A stretch of 64,000 bases of DNA, taken from positions 19,006 to 83,005 of the forward strand of contig JAAWEA010000044.1 of NCBI GenBank assembly GCA_022794055.1, in the 5' to 3' direction. Of the stretch, positions 38,531-49,084 are shown one piece after another. Each line of letters opens with the position of its first letter. The stretch's first letter is position 1. This DNA is from Clostridia bacterium (GTDB taxonomy: Bacteria > Bacillota > Clostridia > TANB77 > CAG-508). The notes beneath the pieces are model-generated. The model searched no databases. It was not told the DNA's origin and saw only the letters and a program-made list of their open reading frames with translations. The translations under genes and the position numbers were made by a program.

Positions 38531-40651
38531 ATGTTAAACAAAGAAGACATCATATTAGAATTTATGAAAGACGAAGATTACACTCCAATGAAAGCAAAAG
38601 AAATAGCAATCATATTAGGAGTACCAAAAAAGGAATATAGCAAATTCACAGAAGCAATAAAAAAACTAGAAGAAAACTATAAAATAGCAAAAAATAAGAA
38701 AAATAGATATAGAATAATTGAAGAAAAATATATAGAAGGAATATACCGTAAAAACCAAAAGGGATTCGGCTTTGTAAAAGTAGAAGGTAGAGAAGGAGAA
38801 ATATATATATCAAAAGATAATTCATTAAGAGCATTAAATGGTGATAGAGTAATAGTAGAAATTTTAGAAGAAGAGAATAAATTAAAAAATGCAGAAGGAA
38901 AAATAAAAAAAATAATAAAACATGAAAAAGATACAGTAGTTGGAACTTTTCAAAATAGGCAAAACTTTGGATTTGTAGTGCCAGATGATAAAGCATTAGG
39001 AACTGATATTTTTATATCAAAATCAAACTTTGGAAAGGCAAGAGATGGGCATAAGGTATTAGTCAAAATAACAAAATATCCTGAAAAGGGAAAAAATGCA
39101 GAAGGAAAGATTATAGAGGTATTAGGCAGTCCAAATCAAGCTGGAGTAGATATGTTATCACTAATAAAGGAATATAATTTGCCATCAACTTTTCCAGAGC
39201 CTGTTGTAGAAGAAGCAAAAAAATATGGAAATAAAATTGACCCAAAGGATATAAAAAATAGAATAGATTGTAGAAGGCATACTATTTTTACAATCGATGG
39301 TGAGGACGCAAAAGACCTAGATGATGCAGTAAGAGTTATTAAATTAGACAATGGCAATTATAGATTAGATGTTCATATAGCAGATGTTAGTTATTATGTA
39401 AGAGAAGGCAGTTTGTTAGATAAAGAAGCACAAATAAGAGGAACAAGTATATATATGCTAAGTAGAGTAATTCCAATGCTTCCAAGAGAACTTTCAAACG
39501 GAATATGTAGTTTAAACCAAGGAGAAGAAAGATTTACACTTTCTTGCTCTATGGAAATTACGCCACAAGGAAAAACAATTTCAGTAGAAGTATATAAAGG
39601 AATTATAAATGTAGCTGAAAGAATGAATTATCATGATGTACAAAAAATATTAGATAAATCAGATGAGCAAGTATTAAAAAAATATGAAAAGTATATTAAG
39701 GATTTTGAATTGATGGCAGAACTTGCAAATATTTTAAAAACTAGAAGACTAGAACAAGGATATTTGAATTTAGACATACCAGAAAGTAAAATTGAGTTAG
39801 ATAAAGAGGGAAGGGCAATTGGTGTAGGAAAATATGAAACAAGTTTTAGCAATGAAATTATAGAACAATTTATGCTAAGTGCCAATGAAGCAATTGCAGA
39901 AAAGTTCTTTTGGCTAGAAGCACCATTTATCTATAGAGTACATGAAGATCCAGATTTAGATAAAGTAAAAGATTTAAATAAATTTTTATTTGATTTTGGT
40001 TTAAAAATAAAAATAGTAAACGAAAAAATTTATCCAACTGAAGTATCAAAAATATTAGAAGAAATTAAAGGAAAAGAAGAAGAAAGAGTAATATCTACTT
40101 TAATATTAAGAACATTGAAATTAGCTAGATATGAAGCACAAAATAAAGGACATTTTGGAATTGCAAGTAAATACTACTGTCATTTTACTTCACCAATTAG
40201 AAGATACCCTGATTTATTTATTCATAGAGTTATATCAAAATATTTAGAAGATAATTATGTAGTAGATGAAGAATGGGTAACAGATTTTAGGGAAAAGGCG
40301 GAGCAAAGGGCAAGCTCATCATCTGAAAGGGAAAAAGTTGCAACAAAGGTTGAAAGAGATAGTGAAGATTTGAAAAAGGCTGAATATATGCAAAACAAAA
40401 TTGGAGAAGAGTATGAAGGTATTGTTTCTTCTGTTACTCAATTTGGAATATTTGTTGAATTAGAAAATACAGTAGAAGGCTTAATAAGATTTGAAAATTT
40501 GGGTGATGAATATTTTATTTATGATGAAGAAAGAAAGAGATTGATTGGTGAAAGAACTAATATTACCTATAAAATTGGAGATAAGGTTAAAATCAGAGTG
40601 ATTTCTGCTAATAAGATATTAAGACAAATTGATTTTGAGATTATAGATTAG
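38531..40651 (+). CDS. rnr: ribonuclease R
   Basis: 706 aa. N-terminal HTH/cold-shock domains, RNB catalytic domain (DCRRHTIFTIDGEDAKDLDDAV) and C-terminal S1 domain (GIVSSVTQFGIFVEL). Confidence 0.95.
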   Translation: MLNKEDIILEFMKDEDYTPMKAKEIAIILGVPKKEYSKFTEAIKKLEENYKIAKNKKNRYRIIEEKYIEGIYRKNQKGFGFVKVEGREGEIYISKDNSLRALNGDRVIVEILEEENKLKNAEGKIKKIIKHEKDTVVGTFQNRQNFGFVVPDDKALGTDIFISKSNFGKARDGHKVLVKITKYPEKGKNAEGKIIEVLGSPNQAGVDMLSLIKEYNLPSTFPEPVVEEAKKYGNKIDPKDIKNRIDCRRHTIFTIDGEDAKDLDDAVRVIKLDNGNYRLDVHIADVSYYVREGSLLDKEAQIRGTSIYMLSRVIPMLPRELSNGICSLNQGEERFTLSCSMEITPQGKTISVEVYKGIINVAERMNYHDVQKILDKSDEQVLKKYEKYIKDFELMAELANILKTRRLEQGYLNLDIPESKIELDKEGRAIGVGKYETSFSNEIIEQFMLSANEAIAEKFFWLEAPFIYRVHEDPDLDKVKDLNKFLFDFGLKIKIVNEKIYPTEVSKILEEIKGKEEERVISTLILRTLKLARYEAQNKGHFGIASKYYCHFTSPIRRYPDLFIHRVISKYLEDNYVVDEEWVTDFREKAEQRASSSSEREKVATKVERDSEDLKKAEYMQNKIGEEYEGIVSSVTQFGIFVELENTVEGLIRFENLGDEYFIYDEERKRLIGERTNITYKIGDKVKIRVISANKILRQIDFEIID

Positions 40652-40807
40652 TCATATAAATTATTTTATGTATAATAACTTTAAATATAAATAAGCAGAG
40701 GCTACATAAAATTTGACTTTGAACTGAAAATTTGTTATAATTATAGATATGTAAAATTTGAAATCTCATATTAAAAACAAAATAAAAGAGCAAAAGGAGG
40801 TATAAAT

Positions 40808-41020
40808 ATGAGAGAAGATGAATATTTGGTAATTTTGGCTATTCGGTGTTTCGGAATTATTTTTGCTATATTAGGAATTCCCAGTACAATTTATTGTTTT
40901 CAAAATTATGAAGCAGTTACAATAACTAACTGGATAGCTTCCATAATTTTATCAATTGGGGGAGTGGCATGTATAGTATTTAGTGTTGTGCGCTTGCTTG
41001 GAGATAATGAAGAAGAGTAG
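40808..41020 (+). CDS. small two-TM membrane protein (hypothetical)
   Basis: 70-aa ORF with RBS AAAGGAGG. Confidence 0.3.
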   Translation: MREDEYLVILAIRCFGIIFAILGIPSTIYCFQNYEAVTITNWIASIILSIGGVACIVFSVVRLLGDNEEE

Positions 41021-41025
41021 TTAGG

Positions 41026-41085
41026 TCGAATAAGGTTTCTCAAACTGAGAAACCTTATTCGATTTTTGACCCATTAGGTCAAAAA
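41026..41085. terminator. tandem perfect hairpins (bidirectional terminator)
   Basis: A 17-bp perfect stem TCGAATAAGGTTTCTCA-AAC-TGAGAAACCTTATTCGA followed by TTTTTGACC-CATTA-GGTCAAAAA. Confidence 0.5.
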
Positions 41086-41315
41086 TGGATGTGTCCTTTG
41101 GCAACTTTGGCACAATTTACCTAAAAAACATAATAATATTAGCTAAAATAGTAGTAAAAATTGAGAATAGTATAACAGCTATACCACCTGTTTTATTTTT
41201 TTCAGTATTTATTTCATAAACACCATAAAAAATAGTCTTAATTAAAATAAAAATAGTAATAATTATAAAAGCAAAATGAAAAAATAATTTCACTACACAT
41301 CACCTCTTCTAAAAA

Positions 41316-42536
41316 TTAAGTTTGATTTAATAAAAATCCAGAATCTATAATAGTTTCTATATCAATATCAAAAGTAGAATTTTTATAATTATTTTGCCAA
41401 TCATAATTTTCAAATTCACTAGTAGTAGTAAATTCAGAAAGTGCATAAGAACCAAATTGATTTATATCACTTTTGAAAACATTAGAAGTTTTATATAAAT
41501 AATTAGAAAATTGACTTTCTAAATAAGTATTACAGGAATTTGAAATCTTATCTAAAATTTTATTGTCAAGATATTGTGCATCTCGGGTCATTGAATATAT
41601 TTTTCCAGAAAATCTTAGTTTTATCTTAACATAAGGTGCACCATTAACAATAGATACATCAATTTTATGAGTAGTATTTGGAGTTAAGTATATATCTATT
41701 TTATTATCTACAATTTCAGGATTTGGAATAGAAATAAGAAAGGTGTCAATTTTCTTTTCTATATTTAAAAAACAAGCTGTTTCAATAGCATTTAGTTCAC
41801 CCACTAATTTATCATTATCAAATACTGCAAGACCAATATTTTGAGTTTTTCTAGTACCAGTAATTGGAGTCTCATTTGATTTTATAGTAGAATCATTTAC
41901 TGTTTCTGAATTACTAGAATTATCAGAATTATTAATTCCACCTAGAATAGCATAAGGGTCAGAATAATTAGATGAGATATTATTAAAGAAATCACCTATT
42001 GTTGCATTACAGGTATATCCTGTATACTCACTAGTATTAGGGAAGATTTGGTAATATTTAGTTACTAGACTTTCCAAAGTAGGAGTGGAATTTTCAATAT
42101 AATATTTACTGTTACATTTACTAACAACAATATTTGAAGAAGGTCTAACTTGAGTTTCGTTTATTAAAGAATATATTTCATCTGCTATTCCATCTTTTGC
42201 TATTTCTTCAGAGAAAACAATTAACTTACAATGTGAAAGATTAACTTTTCTATCTAAATAAGCATTCATCATATTTATACCATTTGTTATAGAAGAACAT
42301 TGAACTGTATTAAACACAGGCTTTGTAGATAAAGTACCTTCACTGCTTGGATCAACTGCTGAAAATTCAAATGTTACTTCTAATTCATTAGTGTCAGATT
42401 TGTCAATTCCAAGTGCTATAACAAAAGCTAGGTTATCTATGTTAAGAGAATTGTAGGAAGCAGAAAAACTAGTAACAAATACAATAACTAATATAATAAT
42501 AAATAGTTTTGTTAATAAATTACTAATTGTTATCAC
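41316..42536 (-). CDS. spore germination protein, GerAC/GerKC-family
   Basis: 406 aa. ...ALGIDKSDTNELEVTFEF... is the Ger(x)C pattern. Third gene of an A-B-C operon. Confidence 0.7.
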   Translation of the reverse strand: MITISNLLTKLFIIILVIVFVTSFSASYNSLNIDNLAFVIALGIDKSDTNELEVTFEFSAVDPSSEGTLSTKPVFNTVQCSSITNGINMMNAYLDRKVNLSHCKLIVFSEEIAKDGIADEIYSLINETQVRPSSNIVVSKCNSKYYIENSTPTLESLVTKYYQIFPNTSEYTGYTCNATIGDFFNNISSNYSDPYAILGGINNSDNSSNSETVNDSTIKSNETPITGTRKTQNIGLAVFDNDKLVGELNAIETACFLNIEKKIDTFLISIPNPEIVDNKIDIYLTPNTTHKIDVSIVNGAPYVKIKLRFSGKIYSMTRDAQYLDNKILDKISNSCNTYLESQFSNYLYKTSNVFKSDINQFGSYALSEFTTTSEFENYDWQNNYKNSTFDIDIETIIDSGFLLNQT

Positions 42537-43620
42537 CTACCTTTCTTTTCTTCAAATTTGCCAATAATAAGACCATCATACCTAAAATAAAACCAATAGC
42601 AATTCTAAGGTATCTATAAACACCTGTTTCAAAGAAGATAGAACTAGCATAATTTTTAGGCAATAAGCTAATTGCAAAAATTAAAATTGCAAAGATATTA
42701 AGAACTGGTTTCATACTTGATAAATTAAGCATTTTTGCAAATATATGTGTAGAAAATTTACAAGTTATACTTAAATAACAGCAAAAAGATATTATCCAAA
42801 TTAGTAGAAATATAGATTCAAATCTTTGGAAGAATGCACCAAATTCTATATATCTAGCAGCAGAGAAAAGTGGCATTATTTCATCTGCAGTTATAAAAAA
42901 TGAGAACATAAAAAGTAATGTAGCAACACAGATAGCTATAAATATTCCAGTTGTAATAACAGATATTACAGCAATTTTCTTTAATTTTTCAGGTTGTTTT
43001 AACATTGGTGGTAAAAAATATAAATAGCAAATTCCACCAAATGCCCCTATATTTTTTAGACCTAAAACAAATGTATTATACCAGCCATCTCCTAATATAG
43101 GGTACATTCTTCTAAAAGAAAAATTATGAAGGTTTCCAAAAAATAGTAATATTATACTAATTATTACTATGGGAAATATAATAGCTGAAGTATTTATAGT
43201 TGAATTAAAGCTTAATCTATTTACTAATACCAAAGAGATTATAAACATAGCAATAATAACAATATAACTGGTTAAAGGATAATAAATAACTACTAAACCT
43301 TCGCAAAAATTTCTTAACATTATACTAGAACTAGAAATAAAGTAAAATATAAAAAGACCACCAACAATGTTTTTAAAAAAATTCCCACCTAAATATTCAG
43401 AAATATCCAAAAGATCTAATCCAGGAAATTTTTTAATTAACTTACAAAATAGTAGAATAATAAATAAAACTATTGCTGTAGTATATATAATATTTAATAA
43501 TGTAGAGGATTTTGTTTCATTTATTAATGTTCTAGGTATAGAGCTAGTAATATATGATACAACTATTGAAAGTGTAAGCATAATAGCACTTATTGTATTG
43601 ATTTTTCTATTTTTTTCCAA
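42523..43620 (-). CDS. spore germination protein, GerAB-family (APC-type permease)
   Basis: 365 aa with about 10 TM helices, between the A and C genes. Confidence 0.8.
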   Translation of the reverse strand: MEKNRKINTISAIMLTLSIVVSYITSSIPRTLINETKSSTLLNIIYTTAIVLFIILLFCKLIKKFPGLDLLDISEYLGGNFFKNIVGGLFIFYFISSSSIMLRNFCEGLVVIYYPLTSYIVIIAMFIISLVLVNRLSFNSTINTSAIIFPIVIISIILLFFGNLHNFSFRRMYPILGDGWYNTFVLGLKNIGAFGGICYLYFLPPMLKQPEKLKKIAVISVITTGIFIAICVATLLFMFSFFITADEIMPLFSAARYIEFGAFFQRFESIFLLIWIISFCCYLSITCKFSTHIFAKMLNLSSMKPVLNIFAILIFAISLLPKNYASSIFFETGVYRYLRIAIGFILGMMVLLLANLKKRKVGDNN

Positions 43621-43634
43621 AATGATTCACCTCT

Positions 43635-45341
43635 TTATTTTAATTTCCATTTCATAGAGTACTTTTCTTGTTTTTTATTATTTTTTGTAGCAAGATATGG
43701 AGCTCTAATTTCATTCTGCCATATAGGAGGCAGTATAATTCCAGAAGTTTTTAAGTTTTCCATATTAGAATATGGAAGAGAATAAGAAACACCAAAAGAA
43801 TCCATATCACAAATAAGTGAAAGATAAACAAAAAGTCCAATACCAATTCCTAAAAATCCAGACATATATCCTAGTAAAATAAATAAGAATCTAAAAACTC
43901 TTAAATGGAAACTGAAAGAATAATCTGGAATTGCAAAAGAACTTAAAGCTGTTATTGCAACTATAATTACTAATATTGGGCTTACAACTCCAGCACTTAC
44001 AGCAGCTTGACCAACAACTAAACCTCCTACAATACCTATTGTAGTTCCTATTGCAGAAGGAACTCTAAGACTAGCTTCTCTTATAATCTCAAATGATATT
44101 TCCATTATTAATATTTCGAATATAATGGGAAAAGGTACACCTTCTCTGGCAGACAGGATGGAGTATAGTAATTCAGTAGGAAGAATTTCTATATGAAAAC
44201 TTGTAACAGAAACATATAGACCAGGCAAAAGAAGTGCAAAGAAACTCGCAAGAATTCTTAAACTTCTTAGAAAGTTGGAAAATATTGTTTTCAAATTTCT
44301 ATCTTCTGGAGATGTCAAAAAGTCAATTAAAATAGCTGGTAAAATTAAGGCATTTGGAGAGCCATTAACTAAAATAACAATTCTACCATCTAGTAAATGA
44401 TATGCAGCATTATCTGGTCTTTCAGTAGATAAAACTTTTGGTAATCCTAAGGAATTATTATCACTGATAAGTTGTTCTAACTGACCAGAAGAAAGTAAAG
44501 TTTCAATATCTAGATTATTTATCCTGTACTTAGTTTCAGCTACTAGGTCATTGTTAGCAATATTTTTCATATAACATACAGCACATTTAGTCTTAGTTAA
44601 TTTTCCAACATCTATATTCTCAATAACTAAATTTTCATTATTTGTAAAACGTCTTAATAAAGATGTATTTGTACGAATATTTTCAGCAAATGCTTCGTGT
44701 GGACCTTTTATTACTATTTCATTTTCGGGTTTTTCAACTCCTCTTTGCTTAAAACCTTTAATATCAATATCGAATGCTATATCAAGAGTATCAACAAAAA
44801 GTGCACAGTTTCCAGAATTGACACCTGAAAATAAATCTTCAAAAGAATTTGACTGTTTTATGTTATTTTGAGGGATTAGACAACTTTCTAAATAATCAGC
44901 TAAGTTAAATTTTTTGACTTTTCTTACAGTAATGTTATTGCTTATAGCTTCTGAAATTACTCTGTTTTGTTCGCCATCATAAAGATTATTTTTATTACGC
45001 ATCATCAAGGGTTGTAAAACAAAGTCATTTAATAATTGTGAATCTACCATACCATCTATATATAATAGAAATGCTTTATATTGCTTTCCTTTTACATTTA
45101 AAATAAATTCACGAGTAATAATATCACTATTTATAAGTAAGTTATATTTTGATTTAATATAGTCTAAATTAACACTTAAACTTGTATATAGAGTTTGTGA
45201 TTTTTGATTTGTTTCAGTATTTTCAGCTTTTGAGCTTACATCAGCATTTGTTTGGTTTGTATTATTGTCTGGAAGTGAAAAGTCATAAGTGGGTTGTGGT
45301 GTATAAGTAAAAATATTTTTTAAAAAATTTTTAATTTCCAT
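43635..45341 (-). CDS. spore germination protein, GerAA/GerKA-family
   Basis: 568 aa. Soluble N-terminal domain (...YKAFLLYIDGMVDSQLLNDFVLQPL...) plus a C-terminal membrane domain typical of GerAA. Confidence 0.85.
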   Translation of the reverse strand: MEIKNFLKNIFTYTPQPTYDFSLPDNNTNQTNADVSSKAENTETNQKSQTLYTSLSVNLDYIKSKYNLLINSDIITREFILNVKGKQYKAFLLYIDGMVDSQLLNDFVLQPLMMRNKNNLYDGEQNRVISEAISNNITVRKVKKFNLADYLESCLIPQNNIKQSNSFEDLFSGVNSGNCALFVDTLDIAFDIDIKGFKQRGVEKPENEIVIKGPHEAFAENIRTNTSLLRRFTNNENLVIENIDVGKLTKTKCAVCYMKNIANNDLVAETKYRINNLDIETLLSSGQLEQLISDNNSLGLPKVLSTERPDNAAYHLLDGRIVILVNGSPNALILPAILIDFLTSPEDRNLKTIFSNFLRSLRILASFFALLLPGLYVSVTSFHIEILPTELLYSILSAREGVPFPIIFEILIMEISFEIIREASLRVPSAIGTTIGIVGGLVVGQAAVSAGVVSPILVIIVAITALSSFAIPDYSFSFHLRVFRFLFILLGYMSGFLGIGIGLFVYLSLICDMDSFGVSYSLPYSNMENLKTSGIILPPIWQNEIRAPYLATKNNKKQEKYSMKWKLK

Positions 45342-45469
45342 ATTATCTCCATAATTGGTCTAATTAGGATGTTCCTTTTTGACCAAGATTTATTTTTATT
45401 ATTATTGGCAAAAAATATTAAAAATATACTAGTTTTTAACAATCAAAAATGATATAATAAACTTAGATT

Positions 45470-46612
45470 TTGATGTATTTTAGAAAGGATAGAGAAAGTT
45501 TGAAATCAAAAATAATATCATTTATAATTACTCTTTTTATAGTAGTTGTAATAAATATAATTGTGTTTTTAGCAATAAATTTTTATAATGAAATAACGAA
45601 AACTGATATATTAGGTGATGTGCAGAATTTTGTTTCAGACATTACTATTTTAGAAGCGAGTACAACAGATAATTTTGAAATATTAGAAAATGTGGAGATA
45701 AAAGATATACAAAACCAAGAAATAGCACAAGATAAAAAAGTTAATATAAAAAAATATTATTATAATCAGTTAGATACATATTCAAAAAGTATATATATGG
45801 CATTAGAGAAAAATAAGGAAAATATGAAAACAGGTACATTTCAAATAAATATAGATACAGACTTTTCGCCATTGCTTTCGCAAAGTAATGGTGAGGATTT
45901 ATTAGGAGATTATTATCAATCAGCAATAGTTGCTTATAGATATGATAATCCAGATGTGTTTTATATTGAATTTGAAAAATTATACTTAAATATAGAAACT
46001 ACTACTAGGGGAAAGAAAAAAACTTATAAAGTATTTTTGAATTGTGGAAATGAAAATAATTATTTAACAAAAGAGTTTCAATCTAAAGAAGAGATAAATA
46101 TTGCTTTAAATGAAATTGATAAAGTTAAGTTATATTTTGTTCAAAATAAAAAAGAAAGTATATTTGAAAATATAAAATTAGTGCATGATTATTTGGTGGA
46201 AAGTATTGAATATGATGAGTCTTTGTCAATGGATAATATTTATAATTTGTATGGAGCTATTGTTAATAAAAAATGTGTTTGTGAGGGATATTCTAAAGCG
46301 TTTAAATTTTTGATGGATGGTATTGATATTCCAGCTGTTATTATAATAGGAACTGCGACAAATTCTAAAGATGATACAGAGGGACATGCTTGGAATTATG
46401 TGCAAATAAATGATATTTGGTATGGTGTTGACTGTACTTGGGATGATCCAATTTTAATTGGACCAGGGATTATTAGCAATTCTCATAAATATAAATATTT
46501 TTTGAAGGGTGAAATAAATCTTAATAAAACACATAATCCAGTTGGACAGTTTACAGAGAATGGTAAAGTATTTGAACTTCCTAAATTGAGTGAAGATGAT
46601 TTTAAGAATTAA
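45470..46612 (+). CDS. transglutaminase-like (papain-fold cysteine protease superfamily) domain protein, membrane-anchored
   Basis: N-terminal TM segment. KKCVCEGYSKAF...EGHAWNYVQI...WYGVDCTWDD gives the Cys-His-Asp transglutaminase-core triad. Confidence 0.65.
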   Translation: MMYFRKDRESLKSKIISFIITLFIVVVINIIVFLAINFYNEITKTDILGDVQNFVSDITILEASTTDNFEILENVEIKDIQNQEIAQDKKVNIKKYYYNQLDTYSKSIYMALEKNKENMKTGTFQINIDTDFSPLLSQSNGEDLLGDYYQSAIVAYRYDNPDVFYIEFEKLYLNIETTTRGKKKTYKVFLNCGNENNYLTKEFQSKEEINIALNEIDKVKLYFVQNKKESIFENIKLVHDYLVESIEYDESLSMDNIYNLYGAIVNKKCVCEGYSKAFKFLMDGIDIPAVIIIGTATNSKDDTEGHAWNYVQINDIWYGVDCTWDDPILIGPGIISNSHKYKYFLKGEINLNKTHNPVGQFTENGKVFELPKLSEDDFKN

Positions 46613-46712
46613 AAGTTTGCATAAAGTTTAAAAATATGTTATAATTGTATCAGATTTATTTATATAAATTTGGCGCAACTGTATGAAGTCTTTTAAATGA
46701 CAGGAGGAAATT

Positions 46713-46889
46713 ATGATTGATACAAAAATATTTTATTTAATTGATGCAGAAGGGTACCAGAGCCGGGAAATAGCAGATACTAAAGTGAAATTATGCTATA
46801 GCATGATGCCAGGGATTAAAATTCAGTATGATGAAGAAGCAGGACAGCATTACATTGTACAGAAAAGAAAGAGGAGAAGGACAAAATAA
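46713..46889 (+). CDS. small basic protein (58 aa, hypothetical; absent from ORF track)
   Basis: RBS CAGGAGGAAATT precedes the ATG. Followed by a GC-rich terminator. Confidence 0.25.
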   Translation: MIDTKIFYLIDAEGYQSREIADTKVKLCYSMMPGIKIQYDEEAGQHYIVQKRKRRRTK

Positions 46890-46913
46890 ATGCTAACTGC
46901 ATGTGCCAAAAAA

Positions 46914-46950
46914 TGGGGGGCGGGTTGTTATGACCGCCCCTTTAATATTT
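46914..46950 (+). terminator. rho-independent terminator (GC-rich)
   Basis: GGGGGGCGG-GTTGTTATGA-CCGCCCC followed by TTTAATATTT. Confidence 0.45.
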
Positions 46951-47035
46951 GTGAAGAAAATAGATAGCGAGAAAAAATCTTGCTATTTTTCTATTTTTAT
47001 AGTAGAATACTAACTAAAATAAAGGAGAAGAGGAA

Positions 47036-47911
47036 ATGTCATTAAAAGATAAATTACCAAATTTACAAATACCAATAGGAACCAACAAAATAAAAGTATA
47101 TGCATTTGTAGGACCATCTGGAACAGGAAAAAGTTACAGAGCACAAATGGTAGCAAGTGAAAGAAATATAAACTTTATAATAGATGATGGATTATTGATA
47201 AAAGATAATCAAGTAATAGCAGGAGAATCAGCAAAAAAAGCACCTACCAAAATAGAGACTGTTAAACACGCACTATTTTATAAAGATGAAGAAAAGCAAG
47301 AAATTATAAAAGCATTTAAAAAATATAAACCAGAAAGCATATTAATTTTAGGAACATCAGATGGAATGGTAGAAAAAATAGCAACAAATTTAGGATTACC
47401 TAAAATATCAGAAACTACATATATAACAGATGTAGCAACACAAGAAGAAATGCAAACAGCAAGGAGAATACGTGTTACAGAGGGAAAACATGTAATACCT
47501 GTACCAACATTTGAAATAAAAAAGGACTTTTCAGGATATTTATTAGACCCATTACAAATATTTAAAACAAAAGGAAGAGGAAATAAACCATATATATCAG
47601 AAAAATCAATAATTAGACCAACATTTAGTTACATGGGAAATTTTATTATTTCAGATACTGTATTTCGTCAAATAATAGAATATTTAGCAAATAAAGCAGA
47701 TGGAATTCATAAAGTACAAAAAATTAGAGTAGACAACTTTGGAGAAGGTGTGAAAATATATATGGAAGTAACAATTGTATATGGATTTAAATTAATAGAA
47801 GGAATAAATGAATTTAAACAAAAAGCTAAAAAAGAAATAGAAAAATTAACGGCAATGAATGTAGAAGATTTTGAAGTTGTTGCTAAAAATGTTTATGTGC
47901 CAGAGAAGTAG
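47036..47911 (+). CDS. P-loop NTPase-like N-domain fused to Asp23/Gls24-family (alkaline-shock protein-like) C-domain
   Basis: Walker A VGPSGTGKS near the N-terminus. The C-terminal ~110 aa (...ISDTVFRQIIEYLANKADGIHKV...VTIVYGFKLIEGINEFKQKAKKEIEKLTAMNVEDFEV) match the Asp23 family pattern. Confidence 0.5.
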   Translation: MSLKDKLPNLQIPIGTNKIKVYAFVGPSGTGKSYRAQMVASERNINFIIDDGLLIKDNQVIAGESAKKAPTKIETVKHALFYKDEEKQEIIKAFKKYKPESILILGTSDGMVEKIATNLGLPKISETTYITDVATQEEMQTARRIRVTEGKHVIPVPTFEIKKDFSGYLLDPLQIFKTKGRGNKPYISEKSIIRPTFSYMGNFIISDTVFRQIIEYLANKADGIHKVQKIRVDNFGEGVKIYMEVTIVYGFKLIEGINEFKQKAKKEIEKLTAMNVEDFEVVAKNVYVPEK

Positions 47912-47939
47912 TTTGTTTTATAAAAGGAAGTGTGTTTAT

Positions 47940-48536
47940 ATGAAAAATATTTTAAAAGCAGTGTTAAGAAGCATTGTAAAAGGTGTAATATATGGATACT
48001 GCAAAGTAGTATATGGATTTAAAGTTATTGGAAAAGAAAATATTCCAAAGGAAGGACAAATTATTATTTGTGGGAATCACAGAAGTTATTTGGATCCACC
48101 ACTAATTGAAGTTACTTGTGGAAGATATACGAGATTTTTAGCTAAAGAAGAATTAACAAAAAATAAATTTCTAGCTTTACTAGGAATTGTATTTGATGCT
48201 ATTTTAGTAAAAAGAGATTCTAAAGATGTAACTGCTATAAAAGAATCTTTAAAAACTTTAAAAAATGGAAATTGTTTAGTACTGTTTCCAGAGGGAACTA
48301 GAAATGGATTAGCAAAAGGAGAAGAGGTTAAAGATGGTGCAGCATTTTTTGCTATAAGAAGCGGAGCAAAAGTTATACCTTGTGGGATAAAAGGTGGAGA
48401 AAAAGGAAATAAAAAAGTTACTATTACTTATGGTGAACCTTTAGATTTTAGTGAATATAAAAATAGTAAAGATAAAGAAATTGTAGATAAAGTTACAGAG
48501 GAAATTATGAGTAAAATTGTAGAACTTACGAAATAA
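47940..48536 (+). CDS. plsC: 1-acyl-sn-glycerol-3-phosphate acyltransferase
   Basis: HxxxxD motif (CGNHRSYLDP) and LFPEGTR motif. ATG at 47940 after AAAGGAAG. Confidence 0.8.
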   Translation: MKNILKAVLRSIVKGVIYGYCKVVYGFKVIGKENIPKEGQIIICGNHRSYLDPPLIEVTCGRYTRFLAKEELTKNKFLALLGIVFDAILVKRDSKDVTAIKESLKTLKNGNCLVLFPEGTRNGLAKGEEVKDGAAFFAIRSGAKVIPCGIKGGEKGNKKVTITYGEPLDFSEYKNSKDKEIVDKVTEEIMSKIVELTK

Positions 48537-48551
48537 CCAAAAGTTATAATA

Positions 48552-48590
48552 AAGAGGGGAGCCATTTTGAAATAGGCTCCCCTCTCTTTT
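48552..48590. terminator. bidirectional rho-independent terminator
   Basis: AGAGGGGAGCC-ATTTTGAAATA-GGCTCCCCTCT followed by CTTTTG. Confidence 0.5.
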
Positions 48591-48609
48591 GCAAAAAAGT
48601 TACTTAATG

Positions 48610-48822
48610 TTATCCAATCTCGCCATCAAGATATCCCAAACTATAGCCTATTTTCATTGAAACAAATACTATAAAGAATACTATAATAAAAAGGATTAAA
48701 AAGCTTATGGGAGGTATGTCAATAGAATATTCTTGACATATCAAATATACCACAAGAGTAGCGAAAACAGAAATTACAGTGTCGATGAATAAGATAACGA
48801 GTAAAATATTTTTTTTGCGCAT
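48610..48822 (-). CDS. small two-TM membrane protein (hypothetical)
   Basis: 70-aa ORF. Support is weak. Confidence 0.25.
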   Translation of the reverse strand: MRKKNILLVILFIDTVISVFATLVVYLICQEYSIDIPPISFLILFIIVFFIVFVSMKIGYSLGYLDGEIG

Positions 48823-48935
48823 AAAAAAATCCTCCTTAATAAATAAGATTGCTAAATCTTCCTAATGTAAAACTCAAAGATTTTATTAAATAATAGTCTA
48901 ATAAATTATACCAAATTTACATAAAAAATACAAGT

Positions 48936-48964
48936 TTGACAAAAACGTCATTTCGTAGTATAAT
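48936..48964 (+). promoter_or_regulatory. consensus sigma-A promoter upstream of typA
   Basis: TTGACA, a 17-nt spacer, then TATAAT, all exact. Leaves a ~120-nt leader. Confidence 0.45.
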
Positions 48965-49084
48965 TTTAAAGTTAAGTTGGATTTAGGAAACGAAGTTGAC
49001 ATAGAGCTAATTTATGAAACTTAAGCGTAGTGAAGCTGTAAGCAACTATAACTAAAATAGATAAAATAAAAAGGGGAAATAAAA

